A DNA stretch of 64,000 nt, taken from the IMG/VR virus record IMGVR_UViG_3300048080_000333. One strand, written 5' to 3'. This DNA comes from a virus. Both the position numbers and the translations under genes were made by a program. Each line of letters opens with the position of its first letter. Positions within the stretch are counted from its first letter, which is position 1. This document shows, one piece after another, positions 8,711 through 17,820 of this stretch. The notes beneath the pieces were generated by a model. That model worked only from the letters and a program-made list of their open reading frames with translations. It made no database searches and had not been told where the DNA came from.

Positions 8711-9354
8711 GCGCGCCACCCGAGAGCCTCTACCGTCCCTACAACGAGAGGCTCGTGGCAGCGTTGGGCCTCGACTGGTTCGACATCGCGCGTACTTACG
8801 CAGAGACTGGAGGCACCCCGGGCATCTACCCCGATGTGGCGCTTCTTCTGGAACGGCTCGTCGCACGGGAGGACGTGTGTAGCATCGCGGAGATCGGATC
8901 GGGTGTTTCGACGCTGTACCTGGCTGCGGCGGCCGAGAAGTACGGCAAGCGGTTCGTCTCTATCGAAGAAGACGTCTCTTGGATGTATAGGGTACACTAC
9001 CTTCTGGATAAGTATGGATTCGGTTTGACCGAAATCGACCACTATGACGCACGGGCACCCTTACCAAAGTGTGATGCTGTGTTCCTCGATTCTACGGCAG
9101 AACTCCGAAGACATCTGTTAGTACAAGAGGTGGCATACCTGTGGGACCGCCCCTGGATTCTGCTAGACGACTACAACTTCCTCACTTTCGCTAAACCCGC
9201 CGATGCGTTCCAACGAGCGGCGGGACGGAGTAGCGTCATCTATCAGCCCGTCCACGAGCGAGCCGACCGGGTCGTCCTTATCAGTACACCTACTTACTCT
9301 GGGCCGGGCTGGCCAGGGGATGTCGAGGGTTGGCTCAAAGGTTGGCTACCGTGA
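8707..9354 (+). CDS. Class I SAM-dependent methyltransferase-like protein
   Basis: ATGA overlap; 'IAEIGSGVSTL', 'FVSIEED', 'DAVFLDS', 'ILLDD'. Confidence 0.75.
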   Translation: MSAPPESLYRPYNERLVAALGLDWFDIARTYAETGGTPGIYPDVALLLERLVAREDVCSIAEIGSGVSTLYLAAAAEKYGKRFVSIEEDVSWMYRVHYLLDKYGFGLTEIDHYDARAPLPKCDAVFLDSTAELRRHLLVQEVAYLWDRPWILLDDYNFLTFAKPADAFQRAAGRSSVIYQPVHERADRVVLISTPTYSGPGWPGDVEGWLKGWLP

Positions 9355-10178
9355 GCCTCTCCGTGGTGACTATTGTCAGCCAGGCTGTTAGGCTGAAATA
9401 TCCCATCGCTGCCGTCCTGGAATCTGTGGCCCCTATTGCCGACGAGATCGTGGTGAACATAGACACTTCTCACGACGACGGAACATGGCAACTTGTCTTC
9501 GAGAAATTGTCGCGCATACTGGCGGTAAAGCAGGCTCAGGGATTGCCATTATCGGAGCGGATGCACTACGGCCGCATCGTGGAATCTCCCTGGAACTGGG
9601 AGGCGCGGGACGCCGGTCAGGAACTCGCCCGCCAGACCAATCGCGCCTTCGAGGCATGTACTAAGGACTGGATTCTCTACATCCAGGCCGACGAAGCCGT
9701 CCATGAGGACGACTACGAAGATATTCGGTGGATTCTCGACCTTCCAGAGGAGTTCACAGCCGCCGAATTCATGCGTCTCTATTTCTTCGGATCGCCAACA
9801 GTCCTTCGGAAAGATTGGACGCAGCCCCTCGTCCGAATGTTTCGCCGGGGCAAAGCGCGAAGCGTTGGCGACGCGATGAACTGCGAAGCAGATGGTCTCG
9901 TGTGGTTCCACACGGATGGGACGCCCCGTCTTTTTCACTACACCCGGGTCGCCGACGCCGAAACGATTGGGAGGCGTATTCGGAACCTCGATGCGCTGTT
10001 TCACGCCCCCGAAGAACTCGATGATGAGCGGCCCTACGATTTTCGGTTACGGGACGTGGACGGGCACCTCAAGGGTCGGGATGCACGGCTACCACAGAAA
10101 AATCCGAAGGACGTACTCGTGCCCTACCTTGACACACACCCAGCAGTTATGCTAAAATGGTTGAAGGAGAATCGGTGA
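9351..10178 (+). CDS. Glycosyltransferase, GT-A fold, GT2 family
   Basis: 'LKYPI...LESVAPIADEIVVN....HDDGT'; 'QTNRAFEAC..DWILYIQADE' DxD-like motif. Confidence 0.85.
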   Translation: MSLSVVTIVSQAVRLKYPIAAVLESVAPIADEIVVNIDTSHDDGTWQLVFEKLSRILAVKQAQGLPLSERMHYGRIVESPWNWEARDAGQELARQTNRAFEACTKDWILYIQADEAVHEDDYEDIRWILDLPEEFTAAEFMRLYFFGSPTVLRKDWTQPLVRMFRRGKARSVGDAMNCEADGLVWFHTDGTPRLFHYTRVADAETIGRRIRNLDALFHAPEELDDERPYDFRLRDVDGHLKGRDARLPQKNPKDVLVPYLDTHPAVMLKWLKENR

Positions 10179-10528
10179 TGACTCTGAGTGACTACGACTG
10201 GCTCGCGTTTAATACGGCGGTCTACCCGACGAGGCATCTGCCTGGGTGGCGGGAGGGAGAGCCTCCGACTTACCCAGCACTGGGACTCTGTGGCGAGGCC
10301 GGAGAGGTCGCCGAGAAGGTCAAGAAAGTCATTCGTGATGACGGTGGAGTTGTCAGCGAGGAGGCCCGTACGGCGATCATACTGGAGTTGGGCGACGCGC
10401 TTTGGTATCTGGCGGCTGTCGCGAGGGATATTGGGTCCTCACTGGAGGATGTAGCCCAAGCCAACATCAAGAAACTCCAGTCTCGGATCGACCGTGGTAC
10501 GCTCCGGGGATCGGGGGACGGGCGATGA
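10178..10528 (+). CDS. mazG: MazG-like nucleotide pyrophosphohydrolase
   Basis: 'LGLCGEAGEVAEKVKK.IRD', 'ELGDALWY', 'NIKKLQSR..RGTLRGSGDGR'. Confidence 0.92.
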   Translation: MTLSDYDWLAFNTAVYPTRHLPGWREGEPPTYPALGLCGEAGEVAEKVKKVIRDDGGVVSEEARTAIILELGDALWYLAAVARDIGSSLEDVAQANIKKLQSRIDRGTLRGSGDGR

Positions 10529-11019
10529 TCTTTACTCTTGAAGACGCCAGAAAGCACCTTCGACGATACCAGTCGATTCTTGTCACTGGGGGATTCGATC
10601 CCCTGCATTACGGGCACGTTCGGTACTTCGCGAAGGCCAAAGAACTGGCGACGAGATACGCCGATCTATTCGTCGATCTCGCCGTAGTCGTGGCCGTCGC
10701 CCCTGATTCCTACGTGACGAACAAGCACCCCCTCCTCCAGACCCTGGAGCACCGTATGGAGATCGTCTCGGCCATCCGCTGGATCGACTACGTGATCCCG
10801 CAGGGCGAGGAGACGGCTGCCACGGCCATTCGGGCCGTGAGGCCCCTGATCTTCCTCAAAGGGAGCGACTGGGAGGCTCGCGGGCTTCCCCGCGTGGAGA
10901 TGGACGCCTTAGCAGAGGTTGGGGCGAGGGTCGAGTACGTCCCCGTCCAGCCTGTGTCGAGCAGCGAACTTTTGATTGATTTTTTCTGGCGAACGGCGGA
11001 TCAGATGGGACGACACTGA
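10525..11019 (+). CDS. Cytidylyltransferase-like nucleotidyltransferase (TagD/RfaE2-like)
   Basis: 'TGGFDPLHYGH' HxGH motif; 'RMEIVSAIRWIDYV'; 'KGSDW'. Confidence 0.9.
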   Translation: MIFTLEDARKHLRRYQSILVTGGFDPLHYGHVRYFAKAKELATRYADLFVDLAVVVAVAPDSYVTNKHPLLQTLEHRMEIVSAIRWIDYVIPQGEETAATAIRAVRPLIFLKGSDWEARGLPRVEMDALAEVGARVEYVPVQPVSSSELLIDFFWRTADQMGRH

Positions 11020-11198
11020 TGAGTGGTCCTAAAGTCAGGTGTCGGAAGTGCGGGGACACGATCCAAAGCCACTTCCGTCACGATTTCAAGTGGTGCAAAT
11101 GTCACGCCATCGCCGTGGACGGCGGTGACGATTACCTGCGTCTTGTAGGAAACGCGGAGGATATTGAAGTGCTGGAGGATGTTCTCCCGTCAGCATAG
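11019..11198 (+). CDS. Small zinc-binding phage protein, 59 aa (not in the ORF track)
   Basis: 'CRKCGDTIQS..RHDFKWCKC..IAVDGG.DYLR', a recurrent phage family pattern; TGATG overlap. Confidence 0.8.
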   Translation: MSGPKVRCRKCGDTIQSHFRHDFKWCKCHAIAVDGGDDYLRLVGNAEDIEVLEDVLPSA

Positions 11199-11205
11199 GT
11201 ATCGT

Positions 11206-11676
11206 ATGAAGCGAACTCCGTTGAAGCGTCGGACGCCGTTGCGGGCCAAGAAACGGTCCGCGCCAAAAGCCCCAAAACCACGCCGGACCGGCCGCACTAT
11301 CCGGATCACGGTTCTGGACAATCTGTTCTCCCTGTACATTCGGACGCGGGACGGTTTCCAGTGTCAGCGGTGCAAGGCCGTTTACGAGAAGAATAGTCGG
11401 CGTCTCCACAACTCCCACTTCGTCGGGCGCGGCGCCCACTCTGTTCGGTTCGATCCAGCCAACTGTGACGCTCTTTGCCACGGCTGTCATTCGCTCTGGG
11501 AGGGCCTCAAAGCGGCTGCCTACCGGGATTTCAAGATTGACCAATTGGGCCAGGAGCGGTATGATGCACTTGTGCTACGGGGCCGGGTGTTTGTTAAGAT
11601 TGACCGGCCTGCGATGGCCGTTCAGATTCAGCAGTGGATTGCGGAACTCACAGAGCACCGGAGGAGAAGTCCGTGA
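11206..11676 (+). CDS. NinG/Rap-like HNH-type endonuclease
   Basis: 'LDNLFSLYIRTRD..QCQRC', 'HFVGRG..SVRFD..NCDALCHGCH'; basic MKRTPLKR N-terminus. Confidence 0.85.
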   Translation: MKRTPLKRRTPLRAKKRSAPKAPKPRRTGRTIRITVLDNLFSLYIRTRDGFQCQRCKAVYEKNSRRLHNSHFVGRGAHSVRFDPANCDALCHGCHSLWEGLKAAAYRDFKIDQLGQERYDALVLRGRVFVKIDRPAMAVQIQQWIAELTEHRRRSP

Positions 11677-11852
11677 CTGTCCAGGAAGCCATTGAACTGT
11701 TGCAACAGCCCGACAACAAGGACTATCAGGTCTGGGTTGTCATCCCGGGCGTAGGGGTGAATGGTTCTGTTGCACAGCGACTCACGTCTCGGTATGCTTG
11801 TGACAACGACCCCGTATCTGATGAGGATTTGGTGATCTGGGCTCTACGATGA
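11673..11852 (+). CDS. Hypothetical protein
   Basis: GTGA overlap, RBS GGAGG; 59 aa. Confidence 0.55.
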   Translation: MTVQEAIELLQQPDNKDYQVWVVIPGVGVNGSVAQRLTSRYACDNDPVSDEDLVIWALR

Positions 11853-11868
11853 TCTAGGGGTGATTCCT

Positions 11869-12861
11869 ATGCAGACTGTTCTTGTCACTGGAGCCGGTGG
11901 GTTCATCGGCAAGATGCTCGCGAAAGCCCTGCAACTCGCGGGCCTTCGCGTTGTCGGTTTGTTCCGGGACATACCAGAGTATTTTCGCTCCCATACATCG
12001 GAGCAGTCCTCCCGGACCATCGCCGTGTTCGGCGACATCGTAGATAGCGACGGTCTTCTCCGTGTCCTCGTGAACTACGACGTGGACGCAGTCGTTCATC
12101 TTGCCGCCCATTCGGCCGTGAAGAAGTGTGAAGAGAACCCACGACCGGCCTATCTGACGAATGTCATGGGCGTTGTGTCTCTACTCGATGCTTGTCGGTT
12201 GCGGCACCGAGACCATCCCCTGTCGAAGATCGTCGTGGCTACCACGGATAAGGTCTATGGGGACGGCGACGTTCCCTATGTTGAATACCAGCCCCTTCGG
12301 GCCAAGGGACCCTACTCGACCTCGAAGGTCTGCGCGGACTACATCGCGAGGGACTACGGAGCGACCTACGGTCTGCCAGTCGTTGTTGCCCGCTCCTCGA
12401 ACGTCTACGGCCCCGGTGACACGGAGCCTACGCGGTTGATTCCTGGCAGCATCCAACGCTTGCTCCGCGGTGAGTCCGCCATCGTGTACGAATCCGCACT
12501 TGAGATGGAGCGGGAATTCGTTTACATCGCGGACGAGGTGAGTGCGTACCTCACGCTACTGTTTGAACCAACAAAACCCGACCACACCATTTTCAATATC
12601 GGAGGTTCTGGTCCTGTTCCTGTCGTGAGCGTTGTGAAGCGATTGGCTGCTTTGTGCAAGGGTGCCTACGAGATCCGACCGAGCAGCCACAGGGAGATTG
12701 GGCGTCAGTACGTGGACGCTTCTCGGCTCCACGCGCTCGGGTGGAGGCAGCATACGACCCTGGACGATGGGCTCCGGCTGACCGTCGAGTGGTTCAGATC
12801 GCAGCGGGCTAAGGCGACGCAAGGGATGGTTGCCATTCCTGGACCCGAGGCGGCCCGTTGA
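11869..12861 (+). CDS. NAD-dependent nucleotide-sugar epimerase/dehydratase (extended SDR, 4,6-dehydratase-like)
   Basis: 'VLVTGAGGFIG'; 'VHLAA'; 'TTDKVYG'; YxxxK 'YSTSK'; 'NVYGPGD'. Confidence 0.92.
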   Translation: MQTVLVTGAGGFIGKMLAKALQLAGLRVVGLFRDIPEYFRSHTSEQSSRTIAVFGDIVDSDGLLRVLVNYDVDAVVHLAAHSAVKKCEENPRPAYLTNVMGVVSLLDACRLRHRDHPLSKIVVATTDKVYGDGDVPYVEYQPLRAKGPYSTSKVCADYIARDYGATYGLPVVVARSSNVYGPGDTEPTRLIPGSIQRLLRGESAIVYESALEMEREFVYIADEVSAYLTLLFEPTKPDHTIFNIGGSGPVPVVSVVKRLAALCKGAYEIRPSSHREIGRQYVDASRLHALGWRQHTTLDDGLRLTVEWFRSQRAKATQGMVAIPGPEAAR

Positions 12862-13433
12862 TTCGCGCCATTTTTCTCGCCATTTTGGCGGTTGCGACCG
12901 CCTCCGGACTCGCATTGGCAACGATTCCGCCATGGAGCGTCGCCGCCGTGTTTGGGGACAGTGGTCAGCCCATCGGGACGGCCTATCGTGCCGGGGGCGT
13001 CGTTCGGACCGTAGCCCACGTTGCCGAGTTCGCTAGAGGGGTTGGTTGGCCTAGAGAAATGATGTACGGCGTTTCGATCCTCTGCCGTGACGTAGGAACG
13101 GACAGTGCGACACTCGACACAGCGGCCCCACTCGCCGATCTGGATGTGGGTGATCTTCCCCCACTTGGCGGGGGAATTACGCTAGTCGGGTACAGGTTCG
13201 GTCGGGCAGTCGAAACGTTCACGTCCAAAATTATTGGGACGATGGAAAGTGTACGTACAGAAGATGGCGTAGTCGTCGGACCTGTTGTGCTCATCAAATT
13301 CCTGGGTTCGCCGCGTGGGATGAGCGGCGGCCCCGTACTGTACCGGAACAGAGTGGTCGCCACCATCGCATTGTTCAACGGCGAGCAAATCTATGCTGTA
13401 CCTCTTGCCGCGGCAAAATGCGGGACGCGCTAA
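12858..13433 (+). CDS. Secreted trypsin-like (S1) serine protease
   Basis: Hydrophobic signal-like N-terminus; 'TVAHV' (His), 'D', 'GMSGGPV' (Ser). Confidence 0.8.
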   Translation: MIRAIFLAILAVATASGLALATIPPWSVAAVFGDSGQPIGTAYRAGGVVRTVAHVAEFARGVGWPREMMYGVSILCRDVGTDSATLDTAAPLADLDVGDLPPLGGGITLVGYRFGRAVETFTSKIIGTMESVRTEDGVVVGPVVLIKFLGSPRGMSGGPVLYRNRVVATIALFNGEQIYAVPLAAAKCGTR

Positions 13434-13576
13434 CGCGGGGAGAACGTCGGGAGCAACTGGCCCGGAAGGCGCGAGACGGGATGCGCGTATCTGGACAGAG
13501 TGTCCGGATTCTTGACCGGATCATCAGGGAGGGTGCAACGGTGGGACAGAAGAAGAAGCGACCCAAGGGCTACTAG
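13418..13576 (+). CDS. Small basic protein, 52 aa
   Basis: MRDALTRGERREQLARK...KKKRPKGY; coupled to the next ORF by a TAGTG overlap. Confidence 0.4.
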   Translation: MRDALTRGERREQLARKARDGMRVSGQSVRILDRIIREGATVGQKKKRPKGY

Positions 13577-13668
13577 TGGATAGCGTGGCCCTAGCAAAAA
13601 CGGCCCTGTTTGTCATCATCGTTTTGGTGGCAGTGGTGGCTCTGTTACCCCTTCGTCCCTCGGAGTAG
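13576..13668 (+). CDS. Small single-TM protein, 30 aa
   Basis: MDSVALAKTALFVIIVLVAVVALLPLRPSE; fills the gap before 13674. Confidence 0.4.
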   Translation: MDSVALAKTALFVIIVLVAVVALLPLRPSE

Positions 13669-13673
13669 TCCCC

Positions 13674-14312
13674 ATGCCTATTCAATTGTTTGACGGTCAC
13701 GTCCCGCCTCCTTACGATGCGAACGCCCCAGCGCGTCTGTTCGAGCGATGGAAGATTATGGCGGCTACGCAGAACTACCCGAGTGGTGTCGATCACTACT
13801 TGGGCGACGAAGCCGTCAATGCGTGCAAACGATTGTTTCACCAACCGATGAAACTACTCTTTCTAGGCTGTGGGAATGGCACCGAGGTCAAGCGGACCCT
13901 CGAAATGGGCCACGACTCGTGGGGCGTGACGCTCAACCCGAACAACTCTGTGTGGGCTCGTGAGGAATTGGGTCTGTGGAATGTCTACTACCACGACGCC
14001 CATCTGAATCCAGTCGAGTGGAATGGGAGTTTCGACGGGGTTCTCGGGTTTCAGTTTCTGGAGCATACGCCATCACCAATTCTTTTGCTTATGGAAGTGG
14101 AGCGGATCCTGCGCCCTGGCGGCATCACGTACTTCGAAACACCTGGACCCGAGGGCTTTACCGGAGGCTCAAATCTCCATCACGTTACGTGTCCGACGCG
14201 CACCCAGGCCCATGGGTGGATGCTGAAGGTGGGGTTCACGGATATTCAGGTAGAGGAAATCGGTCCTCCCGACGCTGCGAGGCACCTATCCATCTTCGGG
14301 AGGAAGACATGA
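13674..14312 (+). CDS. Class I SAM-dependent methyltransferase (type 11-like)
   Basis: 'LLFLGCGNG', 'FDGVLGFQFLEH', 'ERILRPGG'. Confidence 0.88.
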   Translation: MPIQLFDGHVPPPYDANAPARLFERWKIMAATQNYPSGVDHYLGDEAVNACKRLFHQPMKLLFLGCGNGTEVKRTLEMGHDSWGVTLNPNNSVWAREELGLWNVYYHDAHLNPVEWNGSFDGVLGFQFLEHTPSPILLLMEVERILRPGGITYFETPGPEGFTGGSNLHHVTCPTRTQAHGWMLKVGFTDIQVEEIGPPDAARHLSIFGRKT

Positions 14313-15088
14313 GCGAGCCACAGTTCTCCATCATCGTGCCTTCGATGGGTCGCGAGGATCTGCTCGACTGTTTGTGGGGAAGCCTCGACCGGGCACCGGG
14401 GGCGCGTGACTACGAGGTATGCTTTGGTCTCGATCCGGCCGGCAGTATACATGCGCGTAGCGACGTTCTGTTAGCCACAGGCAATAGACTTTGTTTCGGG
14501 ATGGCCCGGACGCCCGGCATGTCGTCGGCGGTGAACGCGGCTTTTTCGTTATCGCAGGGCGAATGGCTCGTCCTGGTCCCGGACGATGTTGTGTTTCTGC
14601 CCGGGTGGGACGACTTCTCCTTCGGTCTTCGGGAAAATCGCGCCCTGTGCTTCGAACTGCTGGAGCCGCTTCCGGGGTCGTTCCCTCCTCCGGTTCTGGC
14701 CGGTGAGTCACCACAGGATTACGACGGTAACATAGCCTCGCGCGCAGCCCGTGAACGCGCAAAGAACCCTGTTAGTCGTGTCCCAGGAGAGTTCTTTGTC
14801 GGGGCCGCGCTGATCCATCGTTCACGGTGGGTACGGTGGCCGGAGCACGCGGATCCCTACAGCATGAACGATATCGCGTGGATGCGCGAAACCTATCTGA
14901 CACATCCAGACCTTGCGTTCGGTCGGATGCCGAGGAACTGCTTGTACCATTTTGTGCGGGGGAGCGTACGTGCGGCCGGGATTCAGGCGCCCGAGGACAC
15001 GGGGCAACGATTCTTGACACACTACGGCCTATCCATCCAAGACGCTTACCAGAGTATTTACCGGCGGAGCGAAGCGTTATGGATTTGA
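14309..15088 (+). CDS. Glycosyltransferase, GT-A fold, GT2-like (paralogue A1)
   Basis: 'FSIIVPSMGR', 'NAAFSLSQGEWLVLVPDD'; ATGA overlap. Confidence 0.8.
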   Translation: MSEPQFSIIVPSMGREDLLDCLWGSLDRAPGARDYEVCFGLDPAGSIHARSDVLLATGNRLCFGMARTPGMSSAVNAAFSLSQGEWLVLVPDDVVFLPGWDDFSFGLRENRALCFELLEPLPGSFPPPVLAGESPQDYDGNIASRAARERAKNPVSRVPGEFFVGAALIHRSRWVRWPEHADPYSMNDIAWMRETYLTHPDLAFGRMPRNCLYHFVRGSVRAAGIQAPEDTGQRFLTHYGLSIQDAYQSIYRRSEALWI

Positions 15089-15828
15089 ACATCTCTATCG
15101 TGGTCCCTTCGATGGGCCATCCAGGGCTATTTACACGGTTCTTGGACAGTCTCGTCCGAACGGCATCGCGGGGATACGAGGTCTGCTTCGGTTGGGATCC
15201 AACCGGCGGTACTGTGACGGTTCATCCCGGCAACGGATCATATCGTTTGCGGTCTCTCATCGCGCGCGCCCCTGGAATGCACGAAGCAATCCAGGCTGCT
15301 GTGTCCATCGCTACAGGCGATTGGCTTATCATGGTTCACGATGATATGATTTTTCTTCCGGGTTGGGACGACTTCTCGTTTGGGTTGGACCCCGACTTGA
15401 TGCTGTGCTTCGAACTGCTGGATGCCCAAGCCCTGACGTGGCCCCCGGCTATAGTTCGGGAAGACGCCGTCGAGGCCGCTGCTGCACGAAAGGGTCTCCG
15501 CGCACGAGTGAGGATCGGTGGGCCGTTCTTCGGGACATCGCTGTGCCACCATTCCAGGTGGGTCCCGTGGCCCTCTTGGTCCGGCACGAAGTATCGTACG
15601 CACGACACGGCATGGATGGTGGAGACGCACCGTCGGCACCCCGACCTCGCCTTTGGATGGATGCCTGGTAACTGTCTCTACCACGACATCTCGGGTAGTG
15701 TTCGGCACAAGACGGACATCGAGCCCGACGACCCAGATGAGTTTATGCGACGCTATGGTATGTCGGTTCCCGAGGCGTGCAAGCAGATATACGCCCATAG
15801 TCGTGGGGTGAGAGGGGATATCGCGTGA
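15079..15828 (+). CDS. Glycosyltransferase, GT-A fold, GT2-like (paralogue A2)
   Basis: 'ISIVVPSMG', 'GDWLIMVHDD'; shares 'YEVCFG.DP' and 'FLPGWDDFSFGL' with A1. Confidence 0.8.
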   Translation: MDLNISIVVPSMGHPGLFTRFLDSLVRTASRGYEVCFGWDPTGGTVTVHPGNGSYRLRSLIARAPGMHEAIQAAVSIATGDWLIMVHDDMIFLPGWDDFSFGLDPDLMLCFELLDAQALTWPPAIVREDAVEAAAARKGLRARVRIGGPFFGTSLCHHSRWVPWPSWSGTKYRTHDTAWMVETHRRHPDLAFGWMPGNCLYHDISGSVRHKTDIEPDDPDEFMRRYGMSVPEACKQIYAHSRGVRGDIA

Positions 15829-16742
15829 AAATTCTTGTCACAGGGGCTTCCGGTTTCATAGGCCGGGCTGTTGCTGCTACGCTCTATGGACGTGGCTACG
15901 AGGCCGTCGGCATAGACAGGCACCCGAAAGAGATTCCTGGGTTGGCATCTCAGGTGCAGGGGGATCTGACGAACGCTGCGTGGATGGCAGAAATTATGGA
16001 GGATCTCGTAGCCTCTAGCGATGGCGTTATCAACCTCGCCGGCCTCCTCGGGACGGCCGAACTGCTCCGCGACATTCGTCCCGCTATCGAAGCCAACATC
16101 GTGGCCGCTGCCGAACTGATGCTAACATGTCGGCACCACGATAAGCCCCTGGTGCAGATTAGCCCTGGAAACGCCTCATGGCTCTCCGTCTATCCTATCA
16201 CCAAGATATGCGCCGACCGTTTGGCCCTCGCGCTTGGTCAAGATACGGGTCTGAAAGTGGCCATTGTCCGGGCCATGAACGTGTATGGCCCCTGGCAGAA
16301 GCACGCACCTGTGAAGAAGTACATCCCCAACCTGATTCGTTGGGCTCTCCTGGGACAGCCGGCCGAAATCTATGGAGACGGCGAACAGATCATGGACGCC
16401 ATTTGGGTCGGCGACGTGGCGGAGATTCTCGTCCGTGCTCTCGAATGGTTCACAAATCACCACAGTAACCCACCGACAGTATTTGAAGCCGGTCTCGGGC
16501 GCTCTCTGATGGTCAATACCGTGGCTGACCTAGTATGGGACGCTGTCCAACCCGGTGTGCTGGCCCCCGCCAAGATTTATCTTCCGATGCGCCCGGGCGA
16601 GCCCATCGGATCGCGAACGGTCGCCGACCCGTGGACTCTGTCCCCACTGGGTATCGTCCCGTTGGATTTGCGGCTGTTCAAGGACGGTCTCCGGGAGACC
16701 GTAGCATGGTACCGGGAGCATCCCGAAATCCTGGGGTTGTAG
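15825..16742 (+). CDS. NAD-dependent nucleotide-sugar epimerase/dehydratase (extended SDR)
   Basis: 'ILVTGASGFIG'; 'INLAG'; YxxxK 'YPITK'; 'NVYGP'; 'YGDGEQ..D..WV.D'. Confidence 0.92.
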   Translation: MKILVTGASGFIGRAVAATLYGRGYEAVGIDRHPKEIPGLASQVQGDLTNAAWMAEIMEDLVASSDGVINLAGLLGTAELLRDIRPAIEANIVAAAELMLTCRHHDKPLVQISPGNASWLSVYPITKICADRLALALGQDTGLKVAIVRAMNVYGPWQKHAPVKKYIPNLIRWALLGQPAEIYGDGEQIMDAIWVGDVAEILVRALEWFTNHHSNPPTVFEAGLGRSLMVNTVADLVWDAVQPGVLAPAKIYLPMRPGEPIGSRTVADPWTLSPLGIVPLDLRLFKDGLRETVAWYREHPEILGL

Positions 16743-16811
16743 GCTGCGCTGGTCGTTGTAGAAACCCCCTAATGGGCATCACTTTCCTTTGGAGCAGGTT
16801 TCTTCTGTGAG
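16743..16811 (+). repeat. Copy 2 of the ~68-bp imperfect direct repeat
   Basis: gttgtaga-N11-gggcatcactttcctttgga-N2-aggt...gtgag. Confidence 0.85.
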
Positions 16812-17820
16812 TGTCCAACCTTCGGTGTCTCTTGTCTATGCGATGATGCAGCAGGATCGACTAGAGTCGGTCCGGCATAATCTGACGCGCGTCCTACCGT
16901 TTGTGGACGTCGCCGTGATCGTAGACAATGGCTCGACGGACGGTACCCGCGAGTGGTTGCGGCAGCAAGAAAAAGTTCGTCTTATCGAGCGTGTCTGGAA
17001 CGACTCCTTCGTTGAGGGTCGAAACGCCTACCTTCGCGCCATCGACGAATTGGCTGCGGGGTACCCGGGCGAGACGGTGTTCTGCACGGCCGACGACGAT
17101 GAACTCTATTCCGATCCGTTGCTGCAGCACCTTCGCTCGTTGGCACGAGAGACGTACCTCGACGACATCAACTTCCTTCGTATCCGTGTAAAAGATACGG
17201 AAACAGATTGGAATGGGGATGTCATCCGGTCCCAGATAGGTGGTTGGTACAAGCCACTGATCTATGTCTGGGAACCCGGGATTCGCTACGTCGGGGTCAA
17301 CAACAGCGAAGTACACGAGGACTTGTTCATCCCATCAGGTGTGAGATCCCGTCGGCTCGATGACAAGAACGGGACCTATTTCTACGAGCACCGCAAGAAA
17401 TGCGGGGAGATATGGCCCCGGGCCATTCGTAACGCCTTCGCCGGCGGCGGAGGGATGAACCTCGGTGAGCAGTGTCCGTGGTGGCGCGACTTCCAACGGC
17501 TCGTGAGGGAGGAGACCGGCGCGGAAACGTCGGATGCCTTCCTCCGGTTCCTTCGAGACGCTCCACAACTTCCACCCCGGCTCGCCGAATTCTTCGTCTC
17601 GAAGCGCCTGTTGGGGACACAGTGGGACTCGACACCGCCACAGTGGCCTGGATGGCCGGATGGCACCTCGGAGTGGCGTGAGGGGTTTCTCAGTTACTAC
17701 CTCTACTTCCACCCGGAGTGCATGCCGCTTGATCTAATCGAGCGGGATAGGCCCTACAAGGACTACCGAAAAGAATGTCTTGTGATCCACGGTCCAGCGT
17801 CGCCTGAGTGGGCTAAGTGA
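16807..17820 (+). CDS. Glycosyltransferase, GT-A fold, GT2-like (paralogue B1)
   Basis: 'VIVDNGSTDGT', 'WNDSF...RNAYL', 'ADDDELYS'. Start chosen by alignment to B2. Confidence 0.85.
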   Translation: MSVQPSVSLVYAMMQQDRLESVRHNLTRVLPFVDVAVIVDNGSTDGTREWLRQQEKVRLIERVWNDSFVEGRNAYLRAIDELAAGYPGETVFCTADDDELYSDPLLQHLRSLARETYLDDINFLRIRVKDTETDWNGDVIRSQIGGWYKPLIYVWEPGIRYVGVNNSEVHEDLFIPSGVRSRRLDDKNGTYFYEHRKKCGEIWPRAIRNAFAGGGGMNLGEQCPWWRDFQRLVREETGAETSDAFLRFLRDAPQLPPRLAEFFVSKRLLGTQWDSTPPQWPGWPDGTSEWREGFLSYYLYFHPECMPLDLIERDRPYKDYRKECLVIHGPASPEWAK

